A stretch of 64,000 nucleotides of DNA from an uncultured virus (IMG/VR IMGVR_UViG_3300034071_001420) (Duplodnaviria > Heunggongvirae > Uroviricota > Caudoviricetes). Position numbers and translations under genes: made by a program. Numbering within the stretch: the stretch's first letter is position 1; the number at the start of each line of letters is the position of its first letter. This document shows, piece after piece, positions 36,424 to 46,514 of the stretch. The stretch is from IMG/VR virus record IMGVR_UViG_3300034071_001420; one strand, 5' to 3'. The notes under the pieces are model-generated. The model was not told where the DNA came from. It made no database searches and saw only the letters and a program-made list of their open reading frames with translations.

Positions 36424-38358
36424 TTATGTGGTCAGGTCAACAATCTCACACTTGTCGCCAGTGCACGAGAATGTTTGGGTTCCAACAGTCTTGTCTTCCT
36501 TCTCGTAGTTCACCATTTCACTCCAGTCCACGCCCTGTGGCATGGCAGCAAGAGCGGCTTCGTACTGCTCCTTGGTGCAGTCCTGATACGGTGCTTGCTT
36601 GTACGAGTGATCGGAATGGGGCAGGAAAGAAATACCGCTGATCTCGTCAAAGTGCTTATACACCCACGCACCCACCTCCATCCACTCGTGCTCACGCACA
36701 GTAACAGTAATACTGGGCTTGTGTTCGCACCAGTGCCGCTGATACGCCAGCCACAACTCCAAGTGCTGAATAGCAGTCATGTGGTTGCGGGTCACAGAAC
36801 CCACAGCCTTCATGGGGAACGAGAACACCATTGTGTGGTCGGGACGCATATTGCACACTTCGTGTGGGAAGCCCTTGTCAATCATAAACTGACACAGAGG
36901 GTCTTTGCGATCTGCACGAACGGTGCGAATGTAGTACTCGTTGTGACGAGCGTGGATGCCGCTTGCAGAATCAGTCAACTGCGATACGGTTCCACTAGGC
37001 TTGACACAAGTAATAGCCGCTGCGGGGTTGATGCCAATCCGCTTTGCCCACTCCTTGTTGGTAGCCACGGCATGGTCACGAAGCGATTCAAGAATGTGCT
37101 GCAAGTTTTCGGTGTTGTCACGCATCATGGCGTTGTCAAGAATACCTGTGAGTGACACACCAAGCAGTGCTTCCTCTTCACAGTTCTTCTTCCAATCACT
37201 AGACAGGTACGGAAAATGGGTAAGACTAGCCTGCCATGTGCCAAGAATGGCAGCAAGCCGTACCTTACGCTTCAAGGTTTCTTCTGTATCGTCCTTGCGA
37301 ACAATTACTTCAGACAGATTGCAGAACTGCTTGTCACGCAGAATAATTTCAGAACACGGATTAGTGCCGAACTCGTAGGTGGCATCACGACGCTCACCCA
37401 ACTTTTCCACAGTCTTCTGTGCAGCCTCACGGTTAAAGATGCCACGCTCACCGCTCTTGCTGTTGTACAGAGACAGCCACTCTTCCATGAATGTGCCAAT
37501 CTCGGGCTTCTCCTTGTACGCCACACTGTTGTTAGCCAGTGCACGCTGTGGGTTCTCGTTCCACCACGCACCGCTCTTGGCATTACGCATACGCTCGTCT
37601 GTCAGATTGGACAGAGAGATGAGTGCAGAACGACGCACACCACCCACCACAACCACTTCTGCTACCTTGCAAATAATGTCATGGCATTCCATTGAGGTGA
37701 GTTTGCGTCCTGCTGCTCGCTTGAAAGTATCAACGGTGAAACCGAACAGTTCTTCAAGTGGGCGAGGACCGCTTGCACGACCGCCAAATGTTTTTAGTCT
37801 TGCACCAGCGGGGCGAATCTTACTGGTGTCCCACGACGGAATCTGCCCACCAATCAGGAGTGAAACCAGTTCACGATACGCTTTTGCCCATCCTTCTTTG
37901 GAGTCCTTCACCACGATAACGGTATCGCTACTGCTGAACTGCTCTGCAATAGTGGGTAGTTTCTCCACATACTGCCGCTCCACAGAGAAGCCCACGCCTG
38001 TGCCGCACATAAGCACATACAGGATTTCATCAAACGCACGCACCTTGTTTACTGCCACATACGAGCAGTTGTAGCCTGCGGTGTTGTCACGCTTTAGTGC
38101 TTCGCCTGCGGTCATTAGCGAACGCATGGACGGCATGATTTCTTGATTCAGGATAGCGGATTCCAATTCTTCACGAACAGACTTGGGAATCTTTATGCCC
38201 TTCTCTTCCCAATGCTCGTCAAAGAAAAGGAAATAACGAGCAACCGTTTCTTCCCATGTTTCGCGTCTGCCTTCGCTTTCAATCCACCGCGAGTACCTTG
38301 AAAGATGGATGAATTGCTGATAGAAACTGGGAAGAGTCTTGGTCATTAGTGCCTCCAT
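36424..38358 (-). CDS. nrdJ: Class II adenosylcobalamin-dependent ribonucleotide reductase, monomeric RTPR type
   Basis: YNCSY, GTGVGFS, GGVRRSA, TNPCSEI, CNLSE, VKPSGT, C-terminal CTGDKC. Confidence 0.93.
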   Translation of the reverse strand: MEALMTKTLPSFYQQFIHLSRYSRWIESEGRRETWEETVARYFLFFDEHWEEKGIKIPKSVREELESAILNQEIMPSMRSLMTAGEALKRDNTAGYNCSYVAVNKVRAFDEILYVLMCGTGVGFSVERQYVEKLPTIAEQFSSSDTVIVVKDSKEGWAKAYRELVSLLIGGQIPSWDTSKIRPAGARLKTFGGRASGPRPLEELFGFTVDTFKRAAGRKLTSMECHDIICKVAEVVVVGGVRRSALISLSNLTDERMRNAKSGAWWNENPQRALANNSVAYKEKPEIGTFMEEWLSLYNSKSGERGIFNREAAQKTVEKLGERRDATYEFGTNPCSEIILRDKQFCNLSEVIVRKDDTEETLKRKVRLAAILGTWQASLTHFPYLSSDWKKNCEEEALLGVSLTGILDNAMMRDNTENLQHILESLRDHAVATNKEWAKRIGINPAAAITCVKPSGTVSQLTDSASGIHARHNEYYIRTVRADRKDPLCQFMIDKGFPHEVCNMRPDHTMVFSFPMKAVGSVTRNHMTAIQHLELWLAYQRHWCEHKPSITVTVREHEWMEVGAWVYKHFDEISGISFLPHSDHSYKQAPYQDCTKEQYEAALAAMPQGVDWSEMVNYEKEDKTVGTQTFSCTGDKCEIVDLTT

Positions 38359-38427
38359 TGTTAGGGTTGGTAGAGTATGTAGCCCCTACCACGAGGTTCA
38401 CAGGCGTTCAAATATAGTTTTGAATTT

Positions 38428-39219
38428 TTAGTTTTCTTCGGGACACCAAACGATTGCACTATTTGTTTTTCCCCACTCGCCCGTAATCAAATTTGAAATA
38501 TGAAGAGGGAAACTTCTATTTGTAAGGGAGTTAAGTAGTTGCCATCTTTCTAAAATTCCTTCATGCCCACCATACCACCTATCTTTAAATTCTACATCCC
38601 GTTCAAAGTAGTAGTTGTAATGAGTGAATCTTGGCGTGAGTAATACCGCTTCTTTGCCTGCACCTTGAAGCAGAGGAGGTTCGTGGCAAACAAAATCTTG
38701 TCCACACCATTTCCACAAGCGAATGTAACCGTATGTGCGGCACTCACCCCAATCACCTATTGCTCGTAGGTTCTTTCCAACACGACAGTCAGCAGCGAAT
38801 GCTCCTGCAATTTCTCCTGAAGCCTCTAATTGGTTTTCTGCTGCGGTCATGGATTCCGCAGTCCATTGCTCGTCTATGTCTATCTGCCACAGATAGCAGG
38901 AGTCTGTGAGTTTACGAACTTCTTCTATTGCACGGTTCACCTGTACATCTTTGGAATGCCAAAAGCCGTCAGACTGAACATACACCAAGTTGGGATGGTG
39001 CTGTTGCAACTCCAACAAGTATTCATGCGTTCCGTCCACGCTTCTGCCGTTGTCGTGAAGGTGCGAAGGAAACTCCTTGCACCAACGAGTGCTGCCGTTT
39101 GACCGTGCAGCACCTTCCACCACAACCCACCAATCACAGTCACGAAGTATGGATTCTGCTTGCTCGTTATGCTTCAGGTGATGAAGCCCATTATGAATAA
39201 TAGTGAACGCTATTCGCAT
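38428..39219 (-). CDS. GT-A fold glycosyltransferase-like protein
   Basis: VVVEG...SVDGT.EYL, WQIDIDEQW (DxD), late HY motif. Confidence 0.75.
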   Translation of the reverse strand: MRIAFTIIHNGLHHLKHNEQAESILRDCDWWVVVEGAARSNGSTRWCKEFPSHLHDNGRSVDGTHEYLLELQQHHPNLVYVQSDGFWHSKDVQVNRAIEEVRKLTDSCYLWQIDIDEQWTAESMTAAENQLEASGEIAGAFAADCRVGKNLRAIGDWGECRTYGYIRLWKWCGQDFVCHEPPLLQGAGKEAVLLTPRFTHYNYYFERDVEFKDRWYGGHEGILERWQLLNSLTNRSFPLHISNLITGEWGKTNSAIVWCPEEN

Positions 39220-39632
39220 TAAGGATTGTTTGTTATGTAATCGTCTATCTGTTGGTGAGTGGTAAGAGCAGCCACAACCGCTTTATCGGCTTGCTTGTCG
39301 ATCATGGCTTGTAGAAAGGCTTGTGTGCTTTCTGCTGGATCGTTTGCTGTGTTCACGACATCTGTGAGTTGCTGTTTATACTTTTGATCTACGGCAGAAA
39401 GTAGAGGCTGCTTTCGATCTTCCACACTCAAGTCCTTAACATTCCAAAGAATTTCTACAGGAGTCTTGGTTAAGTCAAACCAATGCCCATCGGTGACTTG
39501 TTTTCCTGCAACTAGTTCAGGTTGAACCTCCACCGCATCGCGCCAATCGCCTGTGTTCATGGCTCCTTCAGGAACCTCGTCTGCATTCATGCACTCAACC
39601 ACAGAGTTGTTTTCTATTCGTATTTTCTTCAT
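39219..39632 (-). CDS. Hypothetical protein, tail-fibre-assembly-like
   Basis: 137 aa, position downstream of fibre genes. Confidence 0.45.
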   Translation of the reverse strand: MKKIRIENNSVVECMNADEVPEGAMNTGDWRDAVEVQPELVAGKQVTDGHWFDLTKTPVEILWNVKDLSVEDRKQPLLSAVDQKYKQQLTDVVNTANDPAESTQAFLQAMIDKQADKAVVAALTTHQQIDDYITNNP

Positions 39633-41388
39633 TTGCTTGTCTCCTTCCGTATGTAGTTACAAGTTCAGTACCCAACTTTTCTATCGGAGCATTCCAGTCT
39701 CCAAATTTTTCTTGACGGAACAACCGCACGGAATCATAGAAGGGAGATGTTTCTCCTTCAGGACTCCAAATATAATAATTCAGCACAGGTAACACCACCC
39801 ATGTAGGCACACCCATAGCACCCGAAAGATGGGCAATACTTGTGCAGGACGATATTACAAGATCACAGCCTGATATGACTTCCCGTGTTTGTTCCCAATT
39901 ATTCAAGGCTACCTTACGAATAAAATCAGGGCAGTCTTCCTCACCTTCATCCCGTTGCAGACACACAAAGTCTGCGTCTATGTCTCGTAGTGCTTCAAAG
40001 AACGGCTCCAATGGAAACCTGCGATTCTGCTCGTCTTCAAACTTGGGATTACCTTGCCAACGCACACCAATCACAGGACGGGGAGCATTGGGCATATGTG
40101 TGCGTGGAATGTATGACTTGCCGTTAATATCTGAATACTCGTATCCCAAAGGAGTGAGAACAGACATGGCAGGAATCCAAAAATCGTGATACACCAATCC
40201 TGCGGCACGATGATCAATAATCATTTTCACGCCTGTGCAAGTCTTCACAATGGGACACAGTTCAGGTGAACACGCCACTATAACATCACAACCACGGCGA
40301 TTCAGATCAGAAATGTATTTCAAAGAATGAATCTGATCACCCAAACCGCCTTCAAGATAATACAAAATAGTTCCCATGCTCTTGCCGTCCCATATGGGTG
40401 TAGGCACATCAGGCTTGGGATTTCCAAAAGCGTTTTCGTATCGTCCCCGCGACATGAGGTTCATGCCGTCTTGAAGTTTTCCTTCACGCAAGGCAAACCA
40501 TCCCATGTTGAATGCTATCTTGTTGCACTCAGGGCGTTCTGCCTGTGCTGCTTGGAGTACACGATACGACTCTTCAAACTGTCCTTGTTTGGAAAGTTCC
40601 ACGGAGATATCAATTTTCTTCTTTGGTATCTCTGCTTGTGTTTCACCCATCCAGAATCGTGGCTTGTGAAACGAGTCCCAATGATACCCAAGAATATCTT
40701 TTGCTGTTTTGTTGTGCTGTCTGCCCAAGCGAGGAGCAATGCTGTGCAGATTGGGAATGCCCCATGCAGCATCATCTCGTTCTGCTACCACTTGGGTATC
40801 AATACAGTTAAAGTCAAACTGATGGGGAGGCAACTCCAAGAACTCCAAAACTCGATTCATTTGTGTCTGTGGAGATTGCAGCAACTCGTCATAGTCCACA
40901 AACAGAAAGCATTCAGGATTGTCTTCGTAACCTTCTTGCAGGGTGGCATACGAAGACTTCAGGTGTGAAATGATGTGAGAGCCGTTCAGGAATACTGTGA
41001 GATTGTCTGGCTTGATCAGACGCACAAAGGATGCCGCACAATCAGCAGGATGACGAACCGTAGCAATAATTTTTGGTGGTCTGCCAAGAACTTGGTGCAT
41101 GGTTTTCATAATGACAGGATTTGCCCACCCTCGGCTCTTGTCTATGATGACTGGTTTGGGTTCCGTTTCGTATTTTCCGTCAACCACGGAACGAAGCAAA
41201 CGATGTACTTCTGCTGTGGAAGCATCTCCTTTTGTGGGAGAACCTTCCCATGCTGCACACACCGCGCCCATAATGTCTATGAGTCCACTTGTGGATGTGG
41301 CTTTAATTTGCGGATGCTGATTCAACAGCGCAGCAAGAACCGTGGAACCGCTGCGAGGAAGACCTGATAGAAAGTGTAGTGATTTCAT
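39595..41388 (-). CDS. Sulfotransferase / TPR / GT-B (family 9-like) fusion
   Basis: PAPS loop SGLPRSGST and IDKSRGW; TPR-like helices; EGGLGDQI and DLVISSCTSIAHLSGAMG..W. Confidence 0.82.
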   Translation of the reverse strand: MKSLHFLSGLPRSGSTVLAALLNQHPQIKATSTSGLIDIMGAVCAAWEGSPTKGDASTAEVHRLLRSVVDGKYETEPKPVIIDKSRGWANPVIMKTMHQVLGRPPKIIATVRHPADCAASFVRLIKPDNLTVFLNGSHIISHLKSSYATLQEGYEDNPECFLFVDYDELLQSPQTQMNRVLEFLELPPHQFDFNCIDTQVVAERDDAAWGIPNLHSIAPRLGRQHNKTAKDILGYHWDSFHKPRFWMGETQAEIPKKKIDISVELSKQGQFEESYRVLQAAQAERPECNKIAFNMGWFALREGKLQDGMNLMSRGRYENAFGNPKPDVPTPIWDGKSMGTILYYLEGGLGDQIHSLKYISDLNRRGCDVIVACSPELCPIVKTCTGVKMIIDHRAAGLVYHDFWIPAMSVLTPLGYEYSDINGKSYIPRTHMPNAPRPVIGVRWQGNPKFEDEQNRRFPLEPFFEALRDIDADFVCLQRDEGEEDCPDFIRKVALNNWEQTREVISGCDLVISSCTSIAHLSGAMGVPTWVVLPVLNYYIWSPEGETSPFYDSVRLFRQEKFGDWNAPIEKLGTELVTTYGRRQANEENTNRKQLCG

Positions 41389-41415
41389 AATATGAACTCC
41401 ATTGTGTAGACCGAC

Positions 41416-43587
41416 TTATGTAGTAGGATTCTGTGTAGTGAAAATCTTTAATGCTGCGTTATGTGCCTGTCCACTTGGTGATATTTTCCAGTTTGTTGCT
41501 GTTTGTACCTGAACTGGCGATGAAACATTTTGAATAATGAGCACACCACTTTTCCCTAAGGTTCTCGATCCCCACGACCACAAACTTCCGTCTGTTTTTC
41601 TTGCTAATGTAAAGGAACTACTCCCCGCACTTACTGATGACCAATTCGTATCAGTTCCCACTTGAACAGGAGAAGAACGAGCGGTGGTATCACCAAGACC
41701 TAATTGACCGCTGGTGTTGCTCCCCCATGCCCAAAGAGATCCTGTGGTTTTGATGGCTAGTGTATTCTGACTACCCGCACTTACTGATGACCAATTCGTA
41801 TCAGTTCCCACTTGAACAGGAGAAGAGCGATTAGTGACATCACCAAGACCCAACCGACCGTTGGTGATATTGTTCCCCCACGCCCAAAGAGATCCTGGAG
41901 ACTTGATTGCCATTGCATGGTAACCACCCGCACTTACTGATGACCAGGTCGCATCAGTTCCTACTTGAACAGGAGAAGAACGATTAGTGACATCACCAAG
42001 ACCCAACCGACCGTTGGTGTTGCTCCCCCACGCCCACAATGCTCCTGACTTGATGGCTAGTGTATGGGAACCACCCGCACTTACTGATGACCAATTCGTA
42101 TCAGTTCCTACTTGAACAGGAGAAGAACGAGCGGTGGTATCACCAAGACCTAATTGACCGCTGGTGTTGATTCCCCATGCCCAAAGAGATCCTGTGGTTT
42201 TGATGACTAGTGTATGGGAACCACCCGCACTTACTGAAGACCAATTCGTATCAGTTCCCACTTGAACAGGAGAAGAACGAGCGGTGGCATCACCAAGACC
42301 CAGTTGACCGCTGCCGTTGTATCCCCATGCCCACAATTGTCCTGACTTGATTGCTAGTACAAAGGAACTAGAAATAGATGCACTTACTGAAGACCAATTC
42401 GTATCAGTTCCCACTTGAACAGGAGAAGAGCGATTAGTGACATCACCAAGACCCAATTGACCGCTGGTGTTGGCCCCCCACGCCCACAATGCTCCTGTAG
42501 ACTTGATTGCCATTGTATGGGAACTACCCGCACTTACTGAAGACCAGGTCGCATCAGTTCCTACTTGAACAGGAAACTCAGATTGTGAAGGTGAATTTCC
42601 AATACCCAAAAGACCGTTGGTGTTGCTCCCCCACGCCCACAATGCTCCTGTAGACTTGATTGCCATTGTATGGGAACTACCCGCACTTACTGATGACCAA
42701 TTCGTATCAGTTCCCACTTGAACAGGAGAAGAGCGATTAGTGGCATCACCAAGACCCAAAAGACCGTTGGTGTTGTATCCCCATGCCCACAATTGTCCTG
42801 ACTTGATTGCTATGGTATGGTAACTACCCGCACTTACTGATGACCAATTCGTATCAGTTCCTACTTGAACAGGAGAAGAACGAGCGGTGGTATCACCAAG
42901 ACCCAATCCGCCCGCAAAGTTGGATCCCCATGCCCACAATTGTCCTGACTTGATTGCTAGTACAGAGGTATTCGCACTTACTGATGACCAATTCGTATCA
43001 GTTCCCACTTGAACAGGAGAAGAGCGATTAGTGACATCACCAAGACCCAAACGACCGATGGCGTTGGTCCCCCACGCCCAAAGAGATCCTGTAGACTTGA
43101 TTGCCATTGTATGGGAACTACCCGCACTTACTGATGACCAATTCGTATCAGTTCCTACTTGAACAGGAGAAGAGCGAGTGGTGGTGTTACCAAGACCCAA
43201 TTGACCGATGGCGTTGGATCCCCACGCCCACAATGCTCCTGACTTGATGGCTAGTGTATGGGAACCACCCGCACTTACTGATGACCAATTCGTATCAGTT
43301 CCTACTTGAACAGGAGAAGAGCGATTAGTGACATCACCAAGACCCAACCGACCGTTGGTGTTGCTCCCCCACCCCCACAATCCTCCTGGAGACTTGATGG
43401 CTAGTGTATGGGAACCACCCGCACTTACTGATGACCATGCCATTCCCCTATCAATCGCAACAGGGTTAGAGCGAGGAATAATATCATTAAGACCCAAACG
43501 ACCGTCGGAGTTGCTCCCCCACGCCCACAGCGTAGGCACAATTTTCTTTGCGTTTCGTGCTGAGTTGTTGCCAAGACCACCAAGCAT
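41416..43587 (-). CDS. RCC1/BLIP-II repeat protein, 14 repeats
   Basis: LWAWGxNxxGxLGLGD...RSSPVQVGTDTNWSSVSAG repeated 14 times. Confidence 0.93.
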   Translation of the reverse strand: MLGGLGNNSARNAKKIVPTLWAWGSNSDGRLGLNDIIPRSNPVAIDRGMAWSSVSAGGSHTLAIKSPGGLWGWGSNTNGRLGLGDVTNRSSPVQVGTDTNWSSVSAGGSHTLAIKSGALWAWGSNAIGQLGLGNTTTRSSPVQVGTDTNWSSVSAGSSHTMAIKSTGSLWAWGTNAIGRLGLGDVTNRSSPVQVGTDTNWSSVSANTSVLAIKSGQLWAWGSNFAGGLGLGDTTARSSPVQVGTDTNWSSVSAGSYHTIAIKSGQLWAWGYNTNGLLGLGDATNRSSPVQVGTDTNWSSVSAGSSHTMAIKSTGALWAWGSNTNGLLGIGNSPSQSEFPVQVGTDATWSSVSAGSSHTMAIKSTGALWAWGANTSGQLGLGDVTNRSSPVQVGTDTNWSSVSASISSSFVLAIKSGQLWAWGYNGSGQLGLGDATARSSPVQVGTDTNWSSVSAGGSHTLVIKTTGSLWAWGINTSGQLGLGDTTARSSPVQVGTDTNWSSVSAGGSHTLAIKSGALWAWGSNTNGRLGLGDVTNRSSPVQVGTDATWSSVSAGGYHAMAIKSPGSLWAWGNNITNGRLGLGDVTNRSSPVQVGTDTNWSSVSAGSQNTLAIKTTGSLWAWGSNTSGQLGLGDTTARSSPVQVGTDTNWSSVSAGSSSFTLARKTDGSLWSWGSRTLGKSGVLIIQNVSSPVQVQTATNWKISPSGQAHNAALKIFTTQNPTT

Positions 43588-44093
43588 TAGAAATTCAAGC
43601 CTCCAATAAATCCAAACCAAGTTGTGCCGTTATCGGGTGACATGAAAGAAAGAATGTCTCGTTTGTTGTTAGTGCTTGTGAGAGAAGGCGGGTCGTTGTT
43701 TGCCCACTTGACTTCTGCGGGCCATGTTACTGTTCTTGCGGTTCCGTCTGCGGTAAATATCAGAGTGAATCCTATTGCTCGGTTTGAGGTGGACGGAGTA
43801 TTAGAAATGGTGAGTGTGGTGATGTTTGCGTTAAGAGAAACATTAAACACCTGTGCAGAAGAAAGGTCTAGTGTTAGAGTGTTGGTGCTGATGCTTGGGC
43901 TGCTTGTGGTTTCGTTGTAGTAACGGAAAGACGGGTCAATCAGAGTGTTGAAGTTTAAATCCAATCCTGAGAAAAATGAAGAGGTCGCTCCTGTTGCACC
44001 AAAACCTGAACCAAAAGTAACTCCGCTTGTGAAGAATGCGGTTGTTGCGGTTAGCCCTGATACTGCGTTGAATGGAACTATGGTGTCTGGCAT
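43587..44093 (-). CDS. Tail-fibre-associated protein
   Basis: TLDLS...F..SL, RTVTWP..VKW....P.LTS....DI.SF domain typical of phage fibre C-termini. Confidence 0.65.
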   Translation of the reverse strand: MPDTIVPFNAVSGLTATTAFFTSGVTFGSGFGATGATSSFFSGLDLNFNTLIDPSFRYYNETTSSPSISTNTLTLDLSSAQVFNVSLNANITTLTISNTPSTSNRAIGFTLIFTADGTARTVTWPAEVKWANNDPPSLTSTNNKRDILSFMSPDNGTTWFGFIGGLNF

Positions 44094-44108
44094 TTTATCT
44101 CCTAGTCA

Positions 44109-46193
44109 TTACCCGTTTGATTGAGCACGCACGGTGGTTGTGAATGCGGTGCTGTTGGCGGAAAGAGGAGTGGCACGAATCAACAAGTTTTTATCCAGTG
44201 CGCCACTCAAAGTTGTACTGTAAGAAGACACAGGGCCAGTTGCTCCTGTGCGAATCAAGCCGTATTGCGTGTTTACGGTATTGGTTCCGTCCTGCACCAC
44301 CAACATCTTCAACATTTCAGTTTTGTTCAACACGGTATCACGAGCAGAAATTGTGACCTCAAACGCAGGATAGTTCATTATAGAGGCAGTACCGTCGTAA
44401 ACACTCGGTATTGTAGCAATAGTTTGATTGGCTGTGGTAGCCGTTGTGGTGGTTCTATAAGTTTCAACAAACGAATAGGTGTCGGCAAACGATGGAGCAG
44501 TTACTTGATTAAGGAAACCGCCGCTGTTGTTTATTCCGCCCGCACCAGCACTCAGCACAATAACTCCAGTATTGTCATCAACTGTAATGTGGGTGTTGTT
44601 TATTTCTCCAACCGAATCACCAATGGTTGTTATGGTGTTTCCACCACCGTTTCCTGATGAATCTGAATTAATGTATAGTGGAGTGGTGCTTCCCGCACCT
44701 GCATATTGCTGAATAGCCTTTGTGTATACTGTTCCGTTTACGGATGTGTCTGTTCCAAAGGTTGCACCACCAGACACATACAGAGTGGATGCAGTGATTC
44801 CTGCGGTGAAACGGGTCAGAGACGAGAATGTTCCGCCTGCTGAAGAGATGCCTGCGGTGAAACGGGTCAGAGACGAGAATGTTCCGCCTGCGGCAGAAAT
44901 TCCTGCGTTGAAAGTGTTTAGAGCGGTGAATGTGTTGGCTCCACCAACGGTGACACCCGTGACTGCACCTGTGAGTCCGTTGAAAGAAGTCACAATATTG
45001 GGTGCGGAGATGTTTCCGCTAAAGGTTCCGCCTGCGGCACTCAAACCACCATTTGCTGCCAAAACTCCAGTAACAGTAATTGCATCTGTTACGGCATCAC
45101 CTAGATTGACATTTCCATTGGCAACAAAGTTTCCATTAACGGTAAGAGTTGAACCCGAAGGAATTGTTGTGTTTGATGATAAAGTTGCTCCAGAAGCACT
45201 AATTCCCTCAGTAAATCTTGTGAGTGCGCTGAAGGTTCCGCCTGCTGAAGAGATACCTGCATTGAAAGTGTTTAGAGCGGTGAATGTGTTGGCTCCACCA
45301 ACGGTGACACCTGTAACTGCGCCAGTGAGTCCGTTGAACGATTGAACTCCGATATTGGTAATCGTAACTGCACCAGTTGCTCCGCTAACAGAAATACCAG
45401 TTCCTGCTACGGCAGCCGACACACCCTGCACTGCACCTGTGAGTCCATTGAACGAAACCACATAATCGCCAACGGGACCTGTTGCGCCTGTTGCGCCTTG
45501 AACGCCTGTTGCACCTGTAGCACCTGTTGCGCCTGTAGCACCTGTTGCGCCTTGAACGCCTGTTGCTCCTGTAGCACCTGTTGCACCTGTTGCTCCTGTA
45601 GCACCTGTTGCACCTGTTGCTCCTGTAGCACCTGTTGCACCTGTAGCACCTGTTGCTCCTGTAGCACCTGTAGCACCTGTAGCACCTGTAGCACCTGTAG
45701 CACCTGTTGCGCCTTGAACGCCTGTTGCTCCTGTAGCACCTGTAGCACCTGTAGCACCTGTAGCACCTGTAGCACCTGTAGCACCTGTTGCGCCTGTTGC
45801 GCCTTGAACGCCTGTTGCTCCTGTAGCACCTGTTGCGCCTTGAACGCCTGTAGCACCTGTAGCACCTGTAGCACCTGTTGCGCCTTGAACGCCTGTTGCT
45901 CCTGTAGCACCTGTTGCGCCTTGAACGCCTGTTGCACCTGTTGCGCCTATTGTTCCTATAGAACTAATATAATCTTTAACTGCACCAAGTGTGGGAATCT
46001 GATAGGTAAGTCCTGCGGCAATTCCACCTGAAGCACCACACACACCAGCACCGACCCACACTGGAGTGGTTGTTCCACCCATACCAACCCACAGGGTACT
46101 GTCTGCATAGTTAAAAACCGGCTCTCCTAATGTGAGTCCTGATGAGCCGGTTGGAGCACTTGTGCTTTTCTTAAGAGATATCTGAATAGGCAT
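44109..46193 (-). CDS. Collagen-like tail fibre protein
   Basis: Long (GAT)n/GVQ triplet tract, SFNGLTGAV and FTAGISxAGGTFS repeats. Confidence 0.85.
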   Translation of the reverse strand: MPIQISLKKSTSAPTGSSGLTLGEPVFNYADSTLWVGMGGTTTPVWVGAGVCGASGGIAAGLTYQIPTLGAVKDYISSIGTIGATGATGVQGATGATGATGVQGATGATGATGATGVQGATGATGATGVQGATGATGATGATGATGATGATGATGATGVQGATGATGATGATGATGATGATGATGATGATGATGATGATGATGATGATGATGVQGATGATGATGATGATGVQGATGATGPVGDYVVSFNGLTGAVQGVSAAVAGTGISVSGATGAVTITNIGVQSFNGLTGAVTGVTVGGANTFTALNTFNAGISSAGGTFSALTRFTEGISASGATLSSNTTIPSGSTLTVNGNFVANGNVNLGDAVTDAITVTGVLAANGGLSAAGGTFSGNISAPNIVTSFNGLTGAVTGVTVGGANTFTALNTFNAGISAAGGTFSSLTRFTAGISSAGGTFSSLTRFTAGITASTLYVSGGATFGTDTSVNGTVYTKAIQQYAGAGSTTPLYINSDSSGNGGGNTITTIGDSVGEINNTHITVDDNTGVIVLSAGAGGINNSGGFLNQVTAPSFADTYSFVETYRTTTTATTANQTIATIPSVYDGTASIMNYPAFEVTISARDTVLNKTEMLKMLVVQDGTNTVNTQYGLIRTGATGPVSSYSTTLSGALDKNLLIRATPLSANSTAFTTTVRAQSNG
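45475..45948. repeat. 9-bp-period tandem repeat encoding Gly-Ala-Thr collagen triplets
   Basis: cctgtagca/cctgttgca array interspersed with ccttgaacg. Confidence 0.95.
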
Positions 46194-46211
46194 TAGTTTC
46201 CTCTTCTATAT

Positions 46212-46511
46212 TTATAGAGAGCCACCGTCAAGGTATGTTATTGCTCCAGTTCTACCGTCTATACTCTGCACACCAATATTTGTGATTGTAACTGTACCAG
46301 TTGCTCCACTAACTATCACACCTGTTCCTGCCACAGCAGCCGATACTCCCTGCACCGCACCCGTGACTCCGTTGAACGAAATCACATAGTCTTCGGTGGT
46401 TTGTATGGCTCCAACAGTAAAGTCCCATGCAGCACCGTTCCATTTCCATGTGGAACCGGAATAAGTGTAGGTTTCGTTCGGGGCGGGAGATGCTGGAAAG
46501 TTGATGGGCAT
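46212..46511 (-). CDS. Small fibre-related virion protein
   Basis: FP.SP...WKWNGAAW N-terminus, SFNGVTGAV, LDGG C-terminus. Confidence 0.7.
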   Translation of the reverse strand: MPINFPASPAPNETYTYSGSTWKWNGAAWDFTVGAIQTTEDYVISFNGVTGAVQGVSAAVAGTGVIVSGATGTVTITNIGVQSIDGRTGAITYLDGGSL

Positions 46512-46514
46512 GGA

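Noticed and set aside
36049..38074. Plus-strand ORFs of 368, 231 and 159 aa
   Set aside because: Antisense to nrdJ and the 35709 gene.
41620..43440. Regularly spaced repeats resembling a CRISPR array
   Set aside because: In-frame coding RCC1 repeats; the intervening sequences are homologous rather than unique spacers.
45342..46031. Cys-rich (CSTC)n ORF and Gln-rich alternate-frame ORF
   Set aside because: Reading-frame artefacts of the 9-bp collagen repeat.
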